A stretch of DNA of 64,000 bases from an uncultured Gammaproteobacteria bacterium (GCA_963701455.1 CAVPAE010000001.1:84841-148840), one strand, 5' to 3'; positions 30,229 to 40,827 are shown, numbered from the stretch's first letter. A program made the numbers and translations. Notes: generated from the letters alone by a model not told the origin.

Positions 30229-33072
30229 TCAGGATTCCTTTTCAGGGCCGTAAAAGACAATCGGCCGCGACCATGCAAACGGTTTGCCGTCCACCTCCAG
30301 CCGGATCCTGTAATAATAAGTGCCACCGGGCTGGAAAATTTCCTGAAATCTTTCCTTCGACCCGGCTGCATCCCTGGTAACAAGGACATCCTGAAACTCC
30401 GGGTCCGTAGCAATCTCGAGGCGGAATCGTTGCCTGCCGTTTGGAATCCCGATGACATTGTTCCAGAAAAAGTCCTCCGTAGCCTCTGAAAGAACCTGCC
30501 CCTGTTGCGGCCGTATGGTGACCGGGATACGCAAATAAGCTTCGGACACAACCTTGACCACGAAGACACCGATGAACACCAGTGAGATCATTACCGGAAC
30601 ATTCCGCAGAACCAGCCCTGTCCCTGGTCTGCCTGCCTCGCCAGCTCCTTTACCGCTTGCAATAGCGGGGACCGGGCGTCGCATCCCGAATATCACCAGT
30701 GCGGCAATACTGGCCAGTGCAATCCAGAAGCCGACGACCGACCAGCGCCAGTTATTCGGACCGGTATAGCGCCAGGACACTTCATGAGTTCCGGCCGGCA
30801 CCAGTACCATCTGCAATCCCGGGGAAATGCGGTAGATGGGTGTATCCGTACCATCGAGAGAGGCTCGCCAGCCCCGATAGTACATTCTCTTGAATAGCAC
30901 CGGAGCCAGGTCTTCTGTCACTGTAAGCTTAAAAACTTCTTCCTTGCGATCGGCTCGAACAACTTCATATTCCAATGGCTCCAGCTTCATCTTGCCAGCA
31001 TCCCTGGCAGCCATTCCGGTTTTAAGCTTCAGCAATATCTGCGCTACCGGCTTCTTGCCCAACGATTCCAGTTGCAAATGCTCAACATCTTTCAGTACAG
31101 CAGACGCTTCCGCCCCGGCTCCCAAAACCACCAGGTTTATCAGCGGGGCAATTCTTTGTTCATCTTCGGCCGACAAACCGGAGTTTGAGAAATTCACGAT
31201 GGGAGGTATTTCTGATGCACCATCGCGAACCCGGGCAAGCCACTTCTCCATCAACAAATGCCATTCCCGCTCCGTTCCAAAAAAACCTGCCAGGTTCGCC
31301 GGCATCAGGTCGAAGTCTCCGAATTCCCCCTTGATTCGAACCATCTCCCAGAAGTTTGTTTCGAACAGAAGCTCGGTATTTTCATGCCATGCCATCGGTT
31401 CCTTGCGGTAAAAGGGACTGTTGACCACGTAGCGAATATTGAACAGCTTCTGAATAGCATAGTTATCCCTGAGAGGCCCCCGGAATCTATGTAAAAGGAG
31501 ATCGTAGATTCCGCCAACCACCTCGAAACCGCAGATAAAGACCAGGCGATCCGACATCAGCGGCAATATATTGTAGAGTACGGAATCGTGGTGCAACTGG
31601 GGAAAGCCCATAACATTGCCTGCCTCACCCACCTCCAGTTGATCGACCACTGACTGGAACTCCGCCCACTCACGGACTATTCCAGGCTTCATTGCAAGCC
31701 TGCCGTTTTCCGTATAAATATTTCTGACATCAATGATCCGCTTGGCGGCAACCGTCCTTTCCGTGTAGCCGCTCGCAAGTGCCCCGGCAACACATAGCGC
31801 TATTACAGCCACCAGGGAGACTCTCAATGAATCCTTGCGTATCGCTGCCGCCTTCGTGAACAGCCAGCCGATCGCAAAACCTCCCAGCATAATCGCTGTC
31901 CAGTCGAGCATGAAGATGCCGTGAATATTCTGGAACTGCTTTGCAAAGGGTATATAGTCAATCAAGGGGAAATCATCGGGCCCCATAAACAGAACCAGGG
32001 AAATGAGAAAAGACAGGCCCAGAAAAGCGCGGACAGGTGAGTTGCAACGGACCAGTACCAGTATCCATCCAAGCACGGCAAAAGTGGTGATTACCGGAAA
32101 CCGCCAGAATTGACCGTTCTCGATCCATCCCCACTCCGCATCAACAATCCATTCGCTCCCCCCGAATGGCCCCGAAAACCTGGTTGTATCGAAAATACCG
32201 CCTAAAAATAACTGGCGCAGAGTCTCCGCGGTCGTCGACACGATCACGTCGAAATAATTACGTCGGCTCAGATACGGATCGAATACCTGCGCCTCCGGAG
32301 AGGTGGCAAAGGGAATCAGCCAGATGGCCACCAGGCAGATGGCAGGAATACTCCATAGCAAGGTACGGACAAACGTGGCCTTCCAGTTCCAGTTCGGCTC
32401 CAGCGCGGCAAGCGACAGCAACATACAGGGTGCGAGTAAAGTGAAACAGTAGGCGATATAGGGATGCGTTATAAACATGCACGGAAACACGATCGCGAAT
32501 AACAGTCCATGCTCCCCTGTTTTAAACAGCCGCCATAGTGAACCCACAGCCAGGGGGAACAGCAGAATCGCTATCTGTTGTTTATAAACACCCAGATACT
32601 GGTACGCATCAATAGAGTGACCCCACAGGCTGATTGCCAGTGGCGAAAGCAGCGCGGCACCAAGCGAGGCCCCTAGCCCCATCCCCAGTAATCTGCCACC
32701 CAGAAAAATAGTAATCGGATAGAGACTGAAACCCAAAAGAACAACCAGTTTCAGGGATTCTTCTACCGTAAGTCCTGTTAAAAAATGGGTGGCCGCAGTA
32801 ACAGCGTAAAACCCGGGAGGCCGCAGTATAAAAATCGGAGTGCCAGCTGCATAAAGCTGGTTCCAGCCAAGGAAACGGCCTTCGCCCTGCCAGATCCGGA
32901 CCAGTTCATTAGCGAACGCAACATGGACGTGGTCATCGCCGGCATTAAGATAGCCATCGTTCAGTGTCGGCAGGTGGATGTAGAAAGCCCAGCACACCGC
33001 CGCAAAAAGCAACAGTATTGCTGCGATACGTACGCCACGCTCGCTGATTCTCCAGGTCACCATACTATTCAC
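30229..33072 (-). CDS. Large GT-C-fold membrane glycosyltransferase (YfhO/ArnT/PMT-like) with a C-terminal periplasmic domain
   Basis: It is 947 aa with more than 12 TM helices, followed by a soluble C-terminal domain of about 250 aa. It lies adjacent to the GT2 and deacetylase genes. Confidence 0.5.
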   Translation of the reverse strand: MNSMVTWRISERGVRIAAILLLFAAVCWAFYIHLPTLNDGYLNAGDDHVHVAFANELVRIWQGEGRFLGWNQLYAAGTPIFILRPPGFYAVTAATHFLTGLTVEESLKLVVLLGFSLYPITIFLGGRLLGMGLGASLGAALLSPLAISLWGHSIDAYQYLGVYKQQIAILLFPLAVGSLWRLFKTGEHGLLFAIVFPCMFITHPYIAYCFTLLAPCMLLSLAALEPNWNWKATFVRTLLWSIPAICLVAIWLIPFATSPEAQVFDPYLSRRNYFDVIVSTTAETLRQLFLGGIFDTTRFSGPFGGSEWIVDAEWGWIENGQFWRFPVITTFAVLGWILVLVRCNSPVRAFLGLSFLISLVLFMGPDDFPLIDYIPFAKQFQNIHGIFMLDWTAIMLGGFAIGWLFTKAAAIRKDSLRVSLVAVIALCVAGALASGYTERTVAAKRIIDVRNIYTENGRLAMKPGIVREWAEFQSVVDQLEVGEAGNVMGFPQLHHDSVLYNILPLMSDRLVFICGFEVVGGIYDLLLHRFRGPLRDNYAIQKLFNIRYVVNSPFYRKEPMAWHENTELLFETNFWEMVRIKGEFGDFDLMPANLAGFFGTEREWHLLMEKWLARVRDGASEIPPIVNFSNSGLSAEDEQRIAPLINLVVLGAGAEASAVLKDVEHLQLESLGKKPVAQILLKLKTGMAARDAGKMKLEPLEYEVVRADRKEEVFKLTVTEDLAPVLFKRMYYRGWRASLDGTDTPIYRISPGLQMVLVPAGTHEVSWRYTGPNNWRWSVVGFWIALASIAALVIFGMRRPVPAIASGKGAGEAGRPGTGLVLRNVPVMISLVFIGVFVVKVVSEAYLRIPVTIRPQQGQVLSEATEDFFWNNVIGIPNGRQRFRLEIATDPEFQDVLVTRDAAGSKERFQEIFQPGGTYYYRIRLEVDGKPFAWSRPIVFYGPEKES

Positions 33073-33087
33073 AAACCGCCTTAATAA

Positions 33088-33160
33088 TTGTAGGAGCGGC
33101 GCCCTCGCCGCGATTCTGTTTTTTGACGATTTAATTGCGGCGAGGGCGCCGCTCCTACAG
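33088..33160. repeat. REP-like inverted repeat (two 28-bp arms, TTGTAGGAGCGGCGCCCTCGCCGCGATT)
   Basis: The arms are near-perfect reverse complements around a 17-nt loop. The same arm sequence recurs at 40554..40615. Confidence 0.7.
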
Positions 33161-33165
33161 GTTAT

Positions 33166-33558
33166 TTAATAAGGCAGGTTTTCGCAATTAAGGGAGGCGT
33201 CTTTTGTCTTCGTGAAGTCGACCGTGATTCCAATCTTCAAAACGGTCCAGCCGGATCCTTTCTTTACTTCCTCTGCATAGTACTCGGCTTCAAACTCATC
33301 AACATGCTCTCCCGGCTTAAAAACCGTGGGTTGACCCCTGTCGATTGGCTCGGGATCGAAGTAATTGTCATCCCCGATCGCTACAAACACATCATCAATG
33401 GGCTGATCACTTTCAGGACATGACATCCTGTATCCAAAATGGCCAATGGCACCCCCGTCTCCCATGAATTCGGCACAATGGAAAATCGGCTCAATAGTAC
33501 AGGGATTCGACAGCTCTTCAGTGCCTTCCTGCGCCACGACCTGTGATGCAGCAAGCAT
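33166..33558 (-). CDS. Hypothetical small secreted protein
   Basis: A signal-like segment lies just upstream (..ILLGMLAASQVVAQ), but the in-frame ATG is internal, so the N-terminus may be frameshifted. Confidence 0.35.
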   Translation of the reverse strand: MLAASQVVAQEGTEELSNPCTIEPIFHCAEFMGDGGAIGHFGYRMSCPESDQPIDDVFVAIGDDNYFDPEPIDRGQPTVFKPGEHVDEFEAEYYAEEVKKGSGWTVLKIGITVDFTKTKDASLNCENLPY

Positions 33559-33596
33559 GCCCAGCAGAATCGGATATGATTCGTTTGTTACTCATT

Positions 33597-35198
33597 TTAA
33601 TGCTCCTCGTTGATCGAAAAATTCAGTATCTCTATGCGAGCGGACCTATAAAGCAATCCCGGGGCAAGCGCCTCTCTCACAATCATCAGGGTATCGCTGA
33701 GGTCGATCATCCCGTCCGGCGCGCCCTGTGGTCGCACGTCTCCATGCTGGAGATGCGACGTGGTGGCGGTCAACAACCCCAAAGTGATTCGCTCGGCAAG
33801 CAGCACGTCCGCGGCGTCCACGGCCCCGGAGGCATCCAGGTCGCCATCCGCGAAGTTGAAGATCAGCGGCAGCGGGATCATTCACGTCCAGGAAGCCGTC
33901 ACCATCATCATCATCGTCGATGTCGTTGTCCTCGCCGTCGTTGTTGGTGTCGAGCGGATTGGGATCACTCACATCCGGCATCCCGTCGTTGTCGTCATCC
34001 GGGTCGATATCATTGTCGAACCCGTCGTTGTCGGTGTCGAGCGGGAATGAATCACTGCCGTCCGGTATCCCGTCATTGTCATCATCCGGATCGCAGGCAT
34101 CTCCCATGCCGTCGAATTCCGTGTCCAGCTGGCTGGAGTTGTCCACCAGGGGACAGTTGTCATCGCAGAAGACGCAGACATCGCAGGGCTCACAGACGCC
34201 ATCCCCGGCCCCCGGTACAGTGTCGCAGTCCTCATGGAACGGATATTCACAACCCAGACCGACAATGCCTGCAGTGCAGGTCCCCCAGGGACTATTGTAA
34301 GGCTCCGCCGGCCAGTCGAGCAGTTCCGTGCACAGGGCATCTCCGGCAACACCCGAGCCGTCACCATCCGCGGGGATCTTGTCGTCGTCTTCATCGAAGA
34401 GATAGAGGAGTTGCTTGCCTGCCACGGTAGTGTCCGCAGGAAAGTACTCCATGGACGGGAGCGAACCCTCATCACAGGCGGCCCCCGAGTGGTCTGCGGA
34501 ATAGATGCCGATCGTCGCCGTCTCTTCGGTTATGGGTATTGAGACCGCTCCAACCCATGGCTGCCGTAATTGAACTGGATGCGCCCGTCTTCATAGAGGA
34601 TCAGCTGGATGTTGTTGCCGGTGGTGTTCGGGTCCCCGGATGAACTTCCGCCCTGCCAATGAAAGACATCCTCCCAGGTCACGATGAACCGCTTGGGTGA
34701 TGACACGGAATCCAGCCGCCACCAGATCTTGCCGTTTTTCTCGCCTTGAGGCACGCCGGAAGCATATTGGGTCACAATATCCGACCAGAAGAGCACGATC
34801 ATCGGATAGGGATAAAAGTCCTGGTTCAGGTCTCAAGGGGAAAGTGATAATTATAGTTATCGTCCCAACCCCCCAACGGACGGCACGGCGTCCGGAGGGG
34901 GTAATAATGTTGATCCCAGGGTGACGAAGCCATTGGCATTGATGTAGACCTCATCGTAGTTATTACAGTAGAAAGGAAAATTGAATCCCAGTGCGATACC
35001 GGGGCCAGTCTCGAAGGGGTAAAAATGGTCATCTTCCAGCAGGGTATCGGCCCCGAAGACAGGCTCCGCCGGCCAGGCCGCATCGGTGATTTTCAGTACA
35101 TACTGTTTGGCAGTAAACGCTGGCAGGTACTGCAAGTGCAAGTATCAGGACCAGGAAACAGCCTTTGGTATACAACCTCTTTGCATGACTGGTTAACA
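33597..35198 (-). pseudogene. Secreted Ca-binding protein with thrombospondin type-3-like repeats and a dockerin-like C-terminus, broken by at least 4 frameshifts
   Basis: The signal peptide (MLTSHAKRLYTKGCFLVLILALAVPA) is at about 35198. N-domain fragments are in ORFs 34857..35141 and 34530..34802. The TSP3 repeats ([22 protein letters not shown]...) are in ORF 33646..34452, and the dockerin-like segment ([18 protein letters not shown]) is in ORF 33597..33881. Confidence 0.5.
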
Positions 35199-35798
35199 TG
35201 TCACTGACCTCCGGCTATTCGATCTGGTGCCTTGTGCTCCGTGGCAGGTTGTTCTAGTCTGGCTTGTGCCGGTCTCGCCCTCGATGTAGGCCTCGATATC
35301 GGCCGCCGTGATCTGACCGGTATAACGTGCAACCGATGTGCCGCTCGGGGACACGATAAAGGTCGTTGGCAATGCCATGATCAGGCCGAAAGGCGTGGCC
35401 GGTGAGGTGCCCCAGGGCAGGATCGGGTAGGTCACATCCACGCTGTCCAGGAAAGCCCGCATCCAGCTCAACCTGATGTCCTCGAAGTTCACTCCCAGCA
35501 CGACCGCATCCTGGTCCTTGTGCCGGTCATGAAAGTCCGATAGCTCCGGCATTTCCTGGATGCACGGCGGACAGGTCGTCGCCCAGAAATTGACAACCAC
35601 CCACTTGCCCCGGTATTCCGCTAGCGTATGCAGATTGCCGTCCATGTCCTTCAGGGAAAGTTCGATAGGTATCCGTTCGGTCCCTGCCTCGGCGGCTGTC
35701 AGCGTAGCCGGTCCACAACAAAAAACAGCCACCAGCAACAGAACGGCCGACCGGAATGACCTGGATATCAGCATGGTGGTTCGCGTATCGGCTGACAT
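35193..35798 (-). CDS. TlpA/ResA-like thiol:disulfide oxidoreductase (second copy)
   Basis: The active site is WATTCPPCIQEMP, and there is an N-terminal anchor. Confidence 0.75.
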   Translation of the reverse strand: MSADTRTTMLISRSFRSAVLLLVAVFCCGPATLTAAEAGTERIPIELSLKDMDGNLHTLAEYRGKWVVVNFWATTCPPCIQEMPELSDFHDRHKDQDAVVLGVNFEDIRLSWMRAFLDSVDVTYPILPWGTSPATPFGLIMALPTTFIVSPSGTSVARYTGQITAADIEAYIEGETGTSQTRTTCHGAQGTRSNSRRSVTC

Positions 35799-36331
35799 GA
35801 CGGGCCCCCGCTATTCGCCCGTGCGGCGCAAGCGCCACGACCTGACGGACGCCTCGATCTCCAGCAGGTCGAAGGCAAGCGCCCCGCCGGGGGCAATGCC
35901 CGCGAAGCGCACCCGTGGCCTTGACCACGTCCTGACGCCGGATGCCCTTGTTCTAGCATCCATTCATCCTGTGCGGGGGTAATCCGTATCCGGATCACGT
36001 GGACAGACTGTTGTACGGGCCTGGCCGTGAAGTGGGTTTCACCGATAATGGTCTGTCGGCTCTTGGCCGGATCCACATCCTCCTTGTCACGGTAGATGTG
36101 ATAGAACTTGAACCGGTCTTCAAAGACGGTGCCCAGGTATTTTTCCGGTTCCCTGTGCATGAGATCCAGCGGGACATCCCGCATGGTCAGGACCTGCTCA
36201 TCCGCTGCAACCGGGATCCAGGGGCTGGTATTCGGGTTTTCAGCGTTTGTTGCAGTTGCAGTTTCAGCCGCGGCCACTGTCGTCATGGAAAGCGACATCA
36301 TCAGTAATGCCAGAACAATTTTTTTCATCAC
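35768..36331 (-). CDS. Hypothetical secreted protein with an uncertain C-terminus
   Basis: It has a signal peptide (MMKKIVLALLMMSLSMTTVAAA). The Gly/Arg/Pro-rich tail looks like read-through rather than real protein. Confidence 0.35.
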   Translation of the reverse strand: MMKKIVLALLMMSLSMTTVAAAETATATNAENPNTSPWIPVAADEQVLTMRDVPLDLMHREPEKYLGTVFEDRFKFYHIYRDKEDVDPAKSRQTIIGETHFTARPVQQSVHVIRIRITPAQDEWMLEQGHPASGRGQGHGCASRALPPAGRLPSTCWRSRRPSGRGACAARANSGGPSCQPIREPPC

Positions 36332-36509
36332 AACTCCCGTCTTTATTATTACGGATGGTATCTACACCATCCTTGTAAAATTCTTCCCGTAGGAGCGGTC
36401 TCTTCATGCCCGCTTTCCGGCTACTGGCCGCGCTTAGATGCCCCGAACCATCGCGCCGAAGGCCTGCGTTCATCCACTGCACAGGCCAGGCCCCGTACAT
36501 TCACCTTCG

Positions 36510-38835
36510 CTACCGCAACCGGTGCGCCAGGTCCACGGCCATTTCGTAATCCGCCCAGTAGGGACCGTCCTTCGTGATGATGTCCGGATACTCTGACGGC
36601 ACGCCGTGTTCATTCACGGCATGGCAGCCCCCGCACTTCAGCGGGCCGTGGGTTCCATCGGGGTTCAGCAGGGCCGCCTGTTCATAGCTGGCGATATCCA
36701 CCGCCGGATTCACCGGGTACAGACCGTGAGTCGATTCATGGCAACCCTGGCAGGTGATCTGCGCATGCCCCTTGGAATAGCGCATCAGCGCATACTTGCC
36801 GGGCTGGTCGATGGGGAAGGCCCCGCCGCCCATGCTCTCGACATACGGCGGCTGATGGCAGTCGGCACAGTGCGGCTCACCGGCAGCCAGCCAGTAGTCC
36901 CGGCCATGGGTCGCGGCGTCATAGGGAACCGCCACGCCCTCCTTCCCGTTCGGATCCGTATCCACAATGATCACCGACTGGTCACCGTCCTCATCGGGCG
37001 GCGTCATCACCGGCTTGCCCTTGTCATCCACCTTGATGCGTGCAATCGGGGCGATGGTCTGCCCGGTACGATCCCAGGTGCGGTACACACCACTGCTGGT
37101 GTCCTCGCCCTTCATCGGGCTCTTGGGATTGATATAGTCCTGCTTCAGGTCTTTGACCTCGACACCCACGGCGGCGGCGATCTTCTCCAGCGGCTGATTG
37201 CGCAACGTCTGGCCGGTCTGATTGACGGCATCGGTAAGATGATCCGCCTTGTACAGTTCGCGCGAGAGCATGTTGTGGCAGTTGGTGCAGTACAGTCCCT
37301 TGTCCTTGCCCCCGGTCATCATCACCTCGGAGAGCAGGTACTCGCCCACCGGATTGAGGTGAACTGGACGGTCTCCGCGCCATCGGTATTCCGCCCGGGA
37401 TTGCCGTGTGCACATCCCGTGCCCGTGAAACACCCCTTGGCATCGCGGATGTCGCCCTTGGCAAAGAAGTTTTGTCCGTCCTCGGTGAGCGGAAATTCGT
37501 CCATGCTCAGGTCGCTGCGGTGCGAGGGGTGGCAACCCTGGCAGCCGCCGGCAAAGCCAAGACTGTCCGGCAACGGGTTGTTGCGCTGATGACTCTTGTG
37601 GATGGCCTCGGTCAGGGGAGAGATCAGGTGTTCGGGATCGGCAAGATTGGCATGGTCTTTCTGCACGTCCTGTTCTTCCATTTCGCCGGCCTTCTTCGAA
37701 AACAGCCGGCCAATGACATTGTCCGCATGGCAGTCCTGGCAGAGCACGGTGCCCCGTCCCAGGCGCAGAAAGTTGTTGCCGCCGGCCGGCCAGTTGGCCA
37801 GAAAATCCGTGCCATGATTGGCGTCATGGATCTCGAGGATCGAGATGGCCGCAGCCTTGAGCTGTGCATACCATTCACTGGAGCGGCGCACCTCGCGCCA
37901 GAAGTCATGTTCCTGCTTGTATTTGAGGTACTTGTCGCCATTGGCACGCTCGTTGGAATGACAGCGTGCGCAGTTGGGCACATCGATGGGATTGACCCCG
38001 AAAAACCGCACGGGCTTCCCGGAGGAATCGATCACCGGCTCCCGCGTTTCCGGGTCCACCAGGGTCACCACGGATTTCTGGAAGGGCTGCACCATGTCTT
38101 CTTCCACGTGGATGATCGCGGTGAACATGGTCGTTAAATGGGGTCAGCGGCAGGCCCAGGGCCTCCCAGATCCCGGGATTGGTCAGCTTGATGGGCACGT
38201 TCTCCATGGCCGGAGAATCAGTGTAGACCACGGTCCCCGTTTCACCGGAATAGCGCAGGAAGCCCCTGCCCACGTGCTGCCCCGTCGGCCCCTGGTTGAA
38301 GCCGATCGGTGTATCCACCCCGACATGAAGTTTTTTGGCATCGGCGCTGGTATTGTCCGGATTGGACCCCTCGAGATCCTTGTAGAGGTAGAGGTTGCTG
38401 AAGTAGACATCGGGAAGCTTTTCATTCTCCCCGTAGACCGACGCCCCAGTAGGCCAGTTTCTTGGAAGCCGAGTAGGTGTTGGGCACGCCCCTTGGGCTC
38501 TCATGGGTATAGGCGAGCTTGAAGCGCTTGTCGCCATCCACCAGCACCTCATGATCATCGGGGTCGGCTCCCAGCAACACGGGTTTTTCACCGTTCCTGC
38601 CGGTCTTCACTACCTGGGCAAGGATGGAATTGTAGGGCGGCAGTACGCAGCAGTAGGCGAAGTCGAAGCCGGTACAGTGCATGCCCAGTTCATAGTTGAT
38701 CAGGATCAGGTAATCCCGGGGCGGGTCCTGTTCCTTGCCGGCCGGCGCACCGGTTACGGCCTGTGCCGTACCGAGCAAAAGCATGAGAAACACCCCAACC
38801 CGGCATTGCCTGAAACTCTGGAACAACCTGGTCAT
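36510..38835 (-). pseudogene. Multiheme cytochrome paralog 3 (shorter, no Thr linker), split across at least 4 frames
   Basis: Fragments 38422..38982 (signal peptide plus NYELGMHCTGFDFAYCCVLPPYNSILAQVVK), 37905..38591, 37322..38128 (CARCH, CQDCH, CQGCH) and 36510..37535 (CTNCH, CADCH, CQGCH, CGGCH) are collinear with paralogs 1 and 4. The start was placed at MTRLFQ, which follows GAGGGGGAG. Confidence 0.75.
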
Positions 38836-38985
38836 TATCTCCCCCTCATTCGTGACTGCGATCGCGCCTTGGGCGGCCGCCTTTATGCTCGGTACAGGTG
38901 CTCCCGCATTATACCCACCACCTTTTGGAGCGGCGCCTCGCCGCAATGGGACGGGATACATTGCCCCGCTGGTTGAACGCACGCC

Positions 38986-40443
38986 TCAGGAAGCCCCCTG
39001 CTCCTGCTGTGGCGTCACTTCAGGCTGAGCCGGAACCTGCCCCATTTCCTCTTCGAGCAGTCGGTTCAGCACATCATTGTAGACTTCAACCTTGTAACGG
39101 TTTTTCCTCAGGTTGGCGGTGTACTCGTTCATGCGTTCCTTGATCATCATGCGCCGGGTCTTGCGCCAGGTGTCGGCCTGCGAGATGTTGGTAGACTCCG
39201 CCTCGCTGATTTCCAGAACCTTGACCAGGTGCCAGCCGGCGGGTGATTCCACCGGCCCCCCGATTTCGTTCAGCGGCAGGGAAAACGTCAGCTCCTCGAG
39301 TTCGGGAAAGCCGCTGCCCTGTGAGACCCAGCCGATTTCTCCCAGGGTCTGCTTCGCACCCGGATCGATGGAGAAATCCTTCGCCGCCTCGTAGAAGGTC
39401 ATCTCTCCGGACTCGATCTCCTGCTTCACCCGTTCGGCATCCTCTTTCACCATCATGACCACCATCTGTACCTTGCGCGCCTCGGGGATGGTGATCCTGT
39501 CCCTGTGTTCCTTGAAATAGGCACGGATCTCGTCGTCGGTGGGCTCCAGTTCCTCGATCAGCTGGCCCCGGTGCATGCTGACCAGGCGGAGTTTCCTGAA
39601 CTCGTTGAGCCGCTCCTGGAAACGCGGGTCGGCTTCCAGGTTTGCGGCCCGCGCTTTCCTGAGCATAATGCGCCGGTCGATGAAATCATTCAGCACCGCC
39701 AGGCGTTTTTCCACCGAATCATCGCCCTTCGGCGAGGAAAACAGGCCCCTGACATCGCCCCAGGTAACCGCTTCCTGGTCCACCCTTGCGACAACTGTAT
39801 CACTTTTACGGGTCACGTCCTGTGACGGGTCGAGTTGCGTCTGGTCAACCGTGACCTCGAGGCCCTCCCTGAGCCGCTCACGCAGTCCTTTCTTGCGGGC
39901 GGTGAACTTATCCTTGCGCAGCGAGGCCTCGATGGCCGTGCCCAGGTCCTTGGTAAAGGGCGTTCCCTCGACAATATTATTCTCGTAGAACGCCATGATC
40001 TCCTCATCAGAGACCGGGATATCACCAATCACGACCTGTTGCCGGTACATGGTAACCAGCGTGGACTCGGTGAAACGTTCCACCTCATACTGATAGACAG
40101 GGGCCTGGTCCATGCCCTTGTCCAGAGCGTCGAGGTAGAGCAGGTTGGCGCTGACGATCTTGTCCAGCAGTGTGATCCGGACCTTGTTTCTCTCCGGGGT
40201 TCCCGGTGGCGGGATGTTCATGCCGATAACACCGGAACTGTTCAGCATGATCTCGATCTGGTTGAAGGTGATGGGCTGATCGCCCACCCGGGCGATAATC
40301 TCGTTGGGCTGTTCCCGGGTGATGACCTGGATACCGACCTGTGCGCCGGCCTTGTCCGCTTCAGGCGCAGCACTTGCCGAAACGGGCACGGTAGCGAGCA
40401 GGGTACAGACCAGCGTAATGAATACAGAAATAAATCTTGGCAT
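38986..40443 (-). CDS. Parvulin-type PPIase (SurA/PpiD-like) paralog 2, intact
   Basis: It has a signal peptide, a SurA-like N-domain and a parvulin domain (DFSIDPGAKQTLGEIGWVSQGSGFPE...GWHLVKVLE). The start was placed at MPRFISV. Confidence 0.8.
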   Translation of the reverse strand: MPRFISVFITLVCTLLATVPVSASAAPEADKAGAQVGIQVITREQPNEIIARVGDQPITFNQIEIMLNSSGVIGMNIPPPGTPERNKVRITLLDKIVSANLLYLDALDKGMDQAPVYQYEVERFTESTLVTMYRQQVVIGDIPVSDEEIMAFYENNIVEGTPFTKDLGTAIEASLRKDKFTARKKGLRERLREGLEVTVDQTQLDPSQDVTRKSDTVVARVDQEAVTWGDVRGLFSSPKGDDSVEKRLAVLNDFIDRRIMLRKARAANLEADPRFQERLNEFRKLRLVSMHRGQLIEELEPTDDEIRAYFKEHRDRITIPEARKVQMVVMMVKEDAERVKQEIESGEMTFYEAAKDFSIDPGAKQTLGEIGWVSQGSGFPELEELTFSLPLNEIGGPVESPAGWHLVKVLEISEAESTNISQADTWRKTRRMMIKERMNEYTANLRKNRYKVEVYNDVLNRLLEEEMGQVPAQPEVTPQQEQGAS

Positions 40444-40553
40444 GGGAATAATCCTGGTTATTGAAAACATTTTATACATCCAGTGCATACAACTTAATGT
40501 TAGTAACACAGCTACGCCCCGAAGTTCAATTTATATACGGGATGAATACCATC

Positions 40554-40615
40554 TTGTAGGAGCGGCGCCCTCGCCGCGATGAACCATAATCGCGCCGTGG
40601 GCGGCGCTCCTACAA
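40554..40615. repeat. REP-like inverted repeat, the same family as 33088..33160
   Basis: The arm TTGTAGGAGCGGCGCCCTCGCCGCGAT pairs with ATCGCGCCGTGGGCGGCGCTCCTACAA. Confidence 0.7.
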
Positions 40616-40744
40616 CAAGGTTCTTAACCGTCATTGGGGCATCGTTCCCGGCATGCTCCAGGCCAGTCTCTCGACCCGGGCTATGCCCGTAAAAAGAGTT
40701 TCACCTTCTCCATACCTCCCGCGATGCACCTACCTCCCTGTATG

Positions 40745-40779
40745 CAAAAAAATGGAGGGGAGGTTGCCCTCCCCTCCAT
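40745..40779 (-). terminator. Intrinsic terminator downstream of cytochrome gene 4
   Basis: On the minus strand there is an ATGGAGGGGAGG-GCAA-CCTCCCCTCCAT hairpin followed by T7. A second hairpin (GCCTGCCCGATATCCGGGCAGGC) lies just after the stop codon. Confidence 0.75.
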
Positions 40780-40827
40780 GTTGTTGTTAACGCCTGCCCG
40801 GATATCGGGCAGGCGCTCCTGCAGCGG

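Noticed and set aside
35527-35928. A 133-aa minus-strand ORF upstream of TlpA-2
   Set aside because: It overlaps the end of the upstream secreted-protein gene and has junk-like composition (RGHCPRRGACLRPAGDRG). No support was found.
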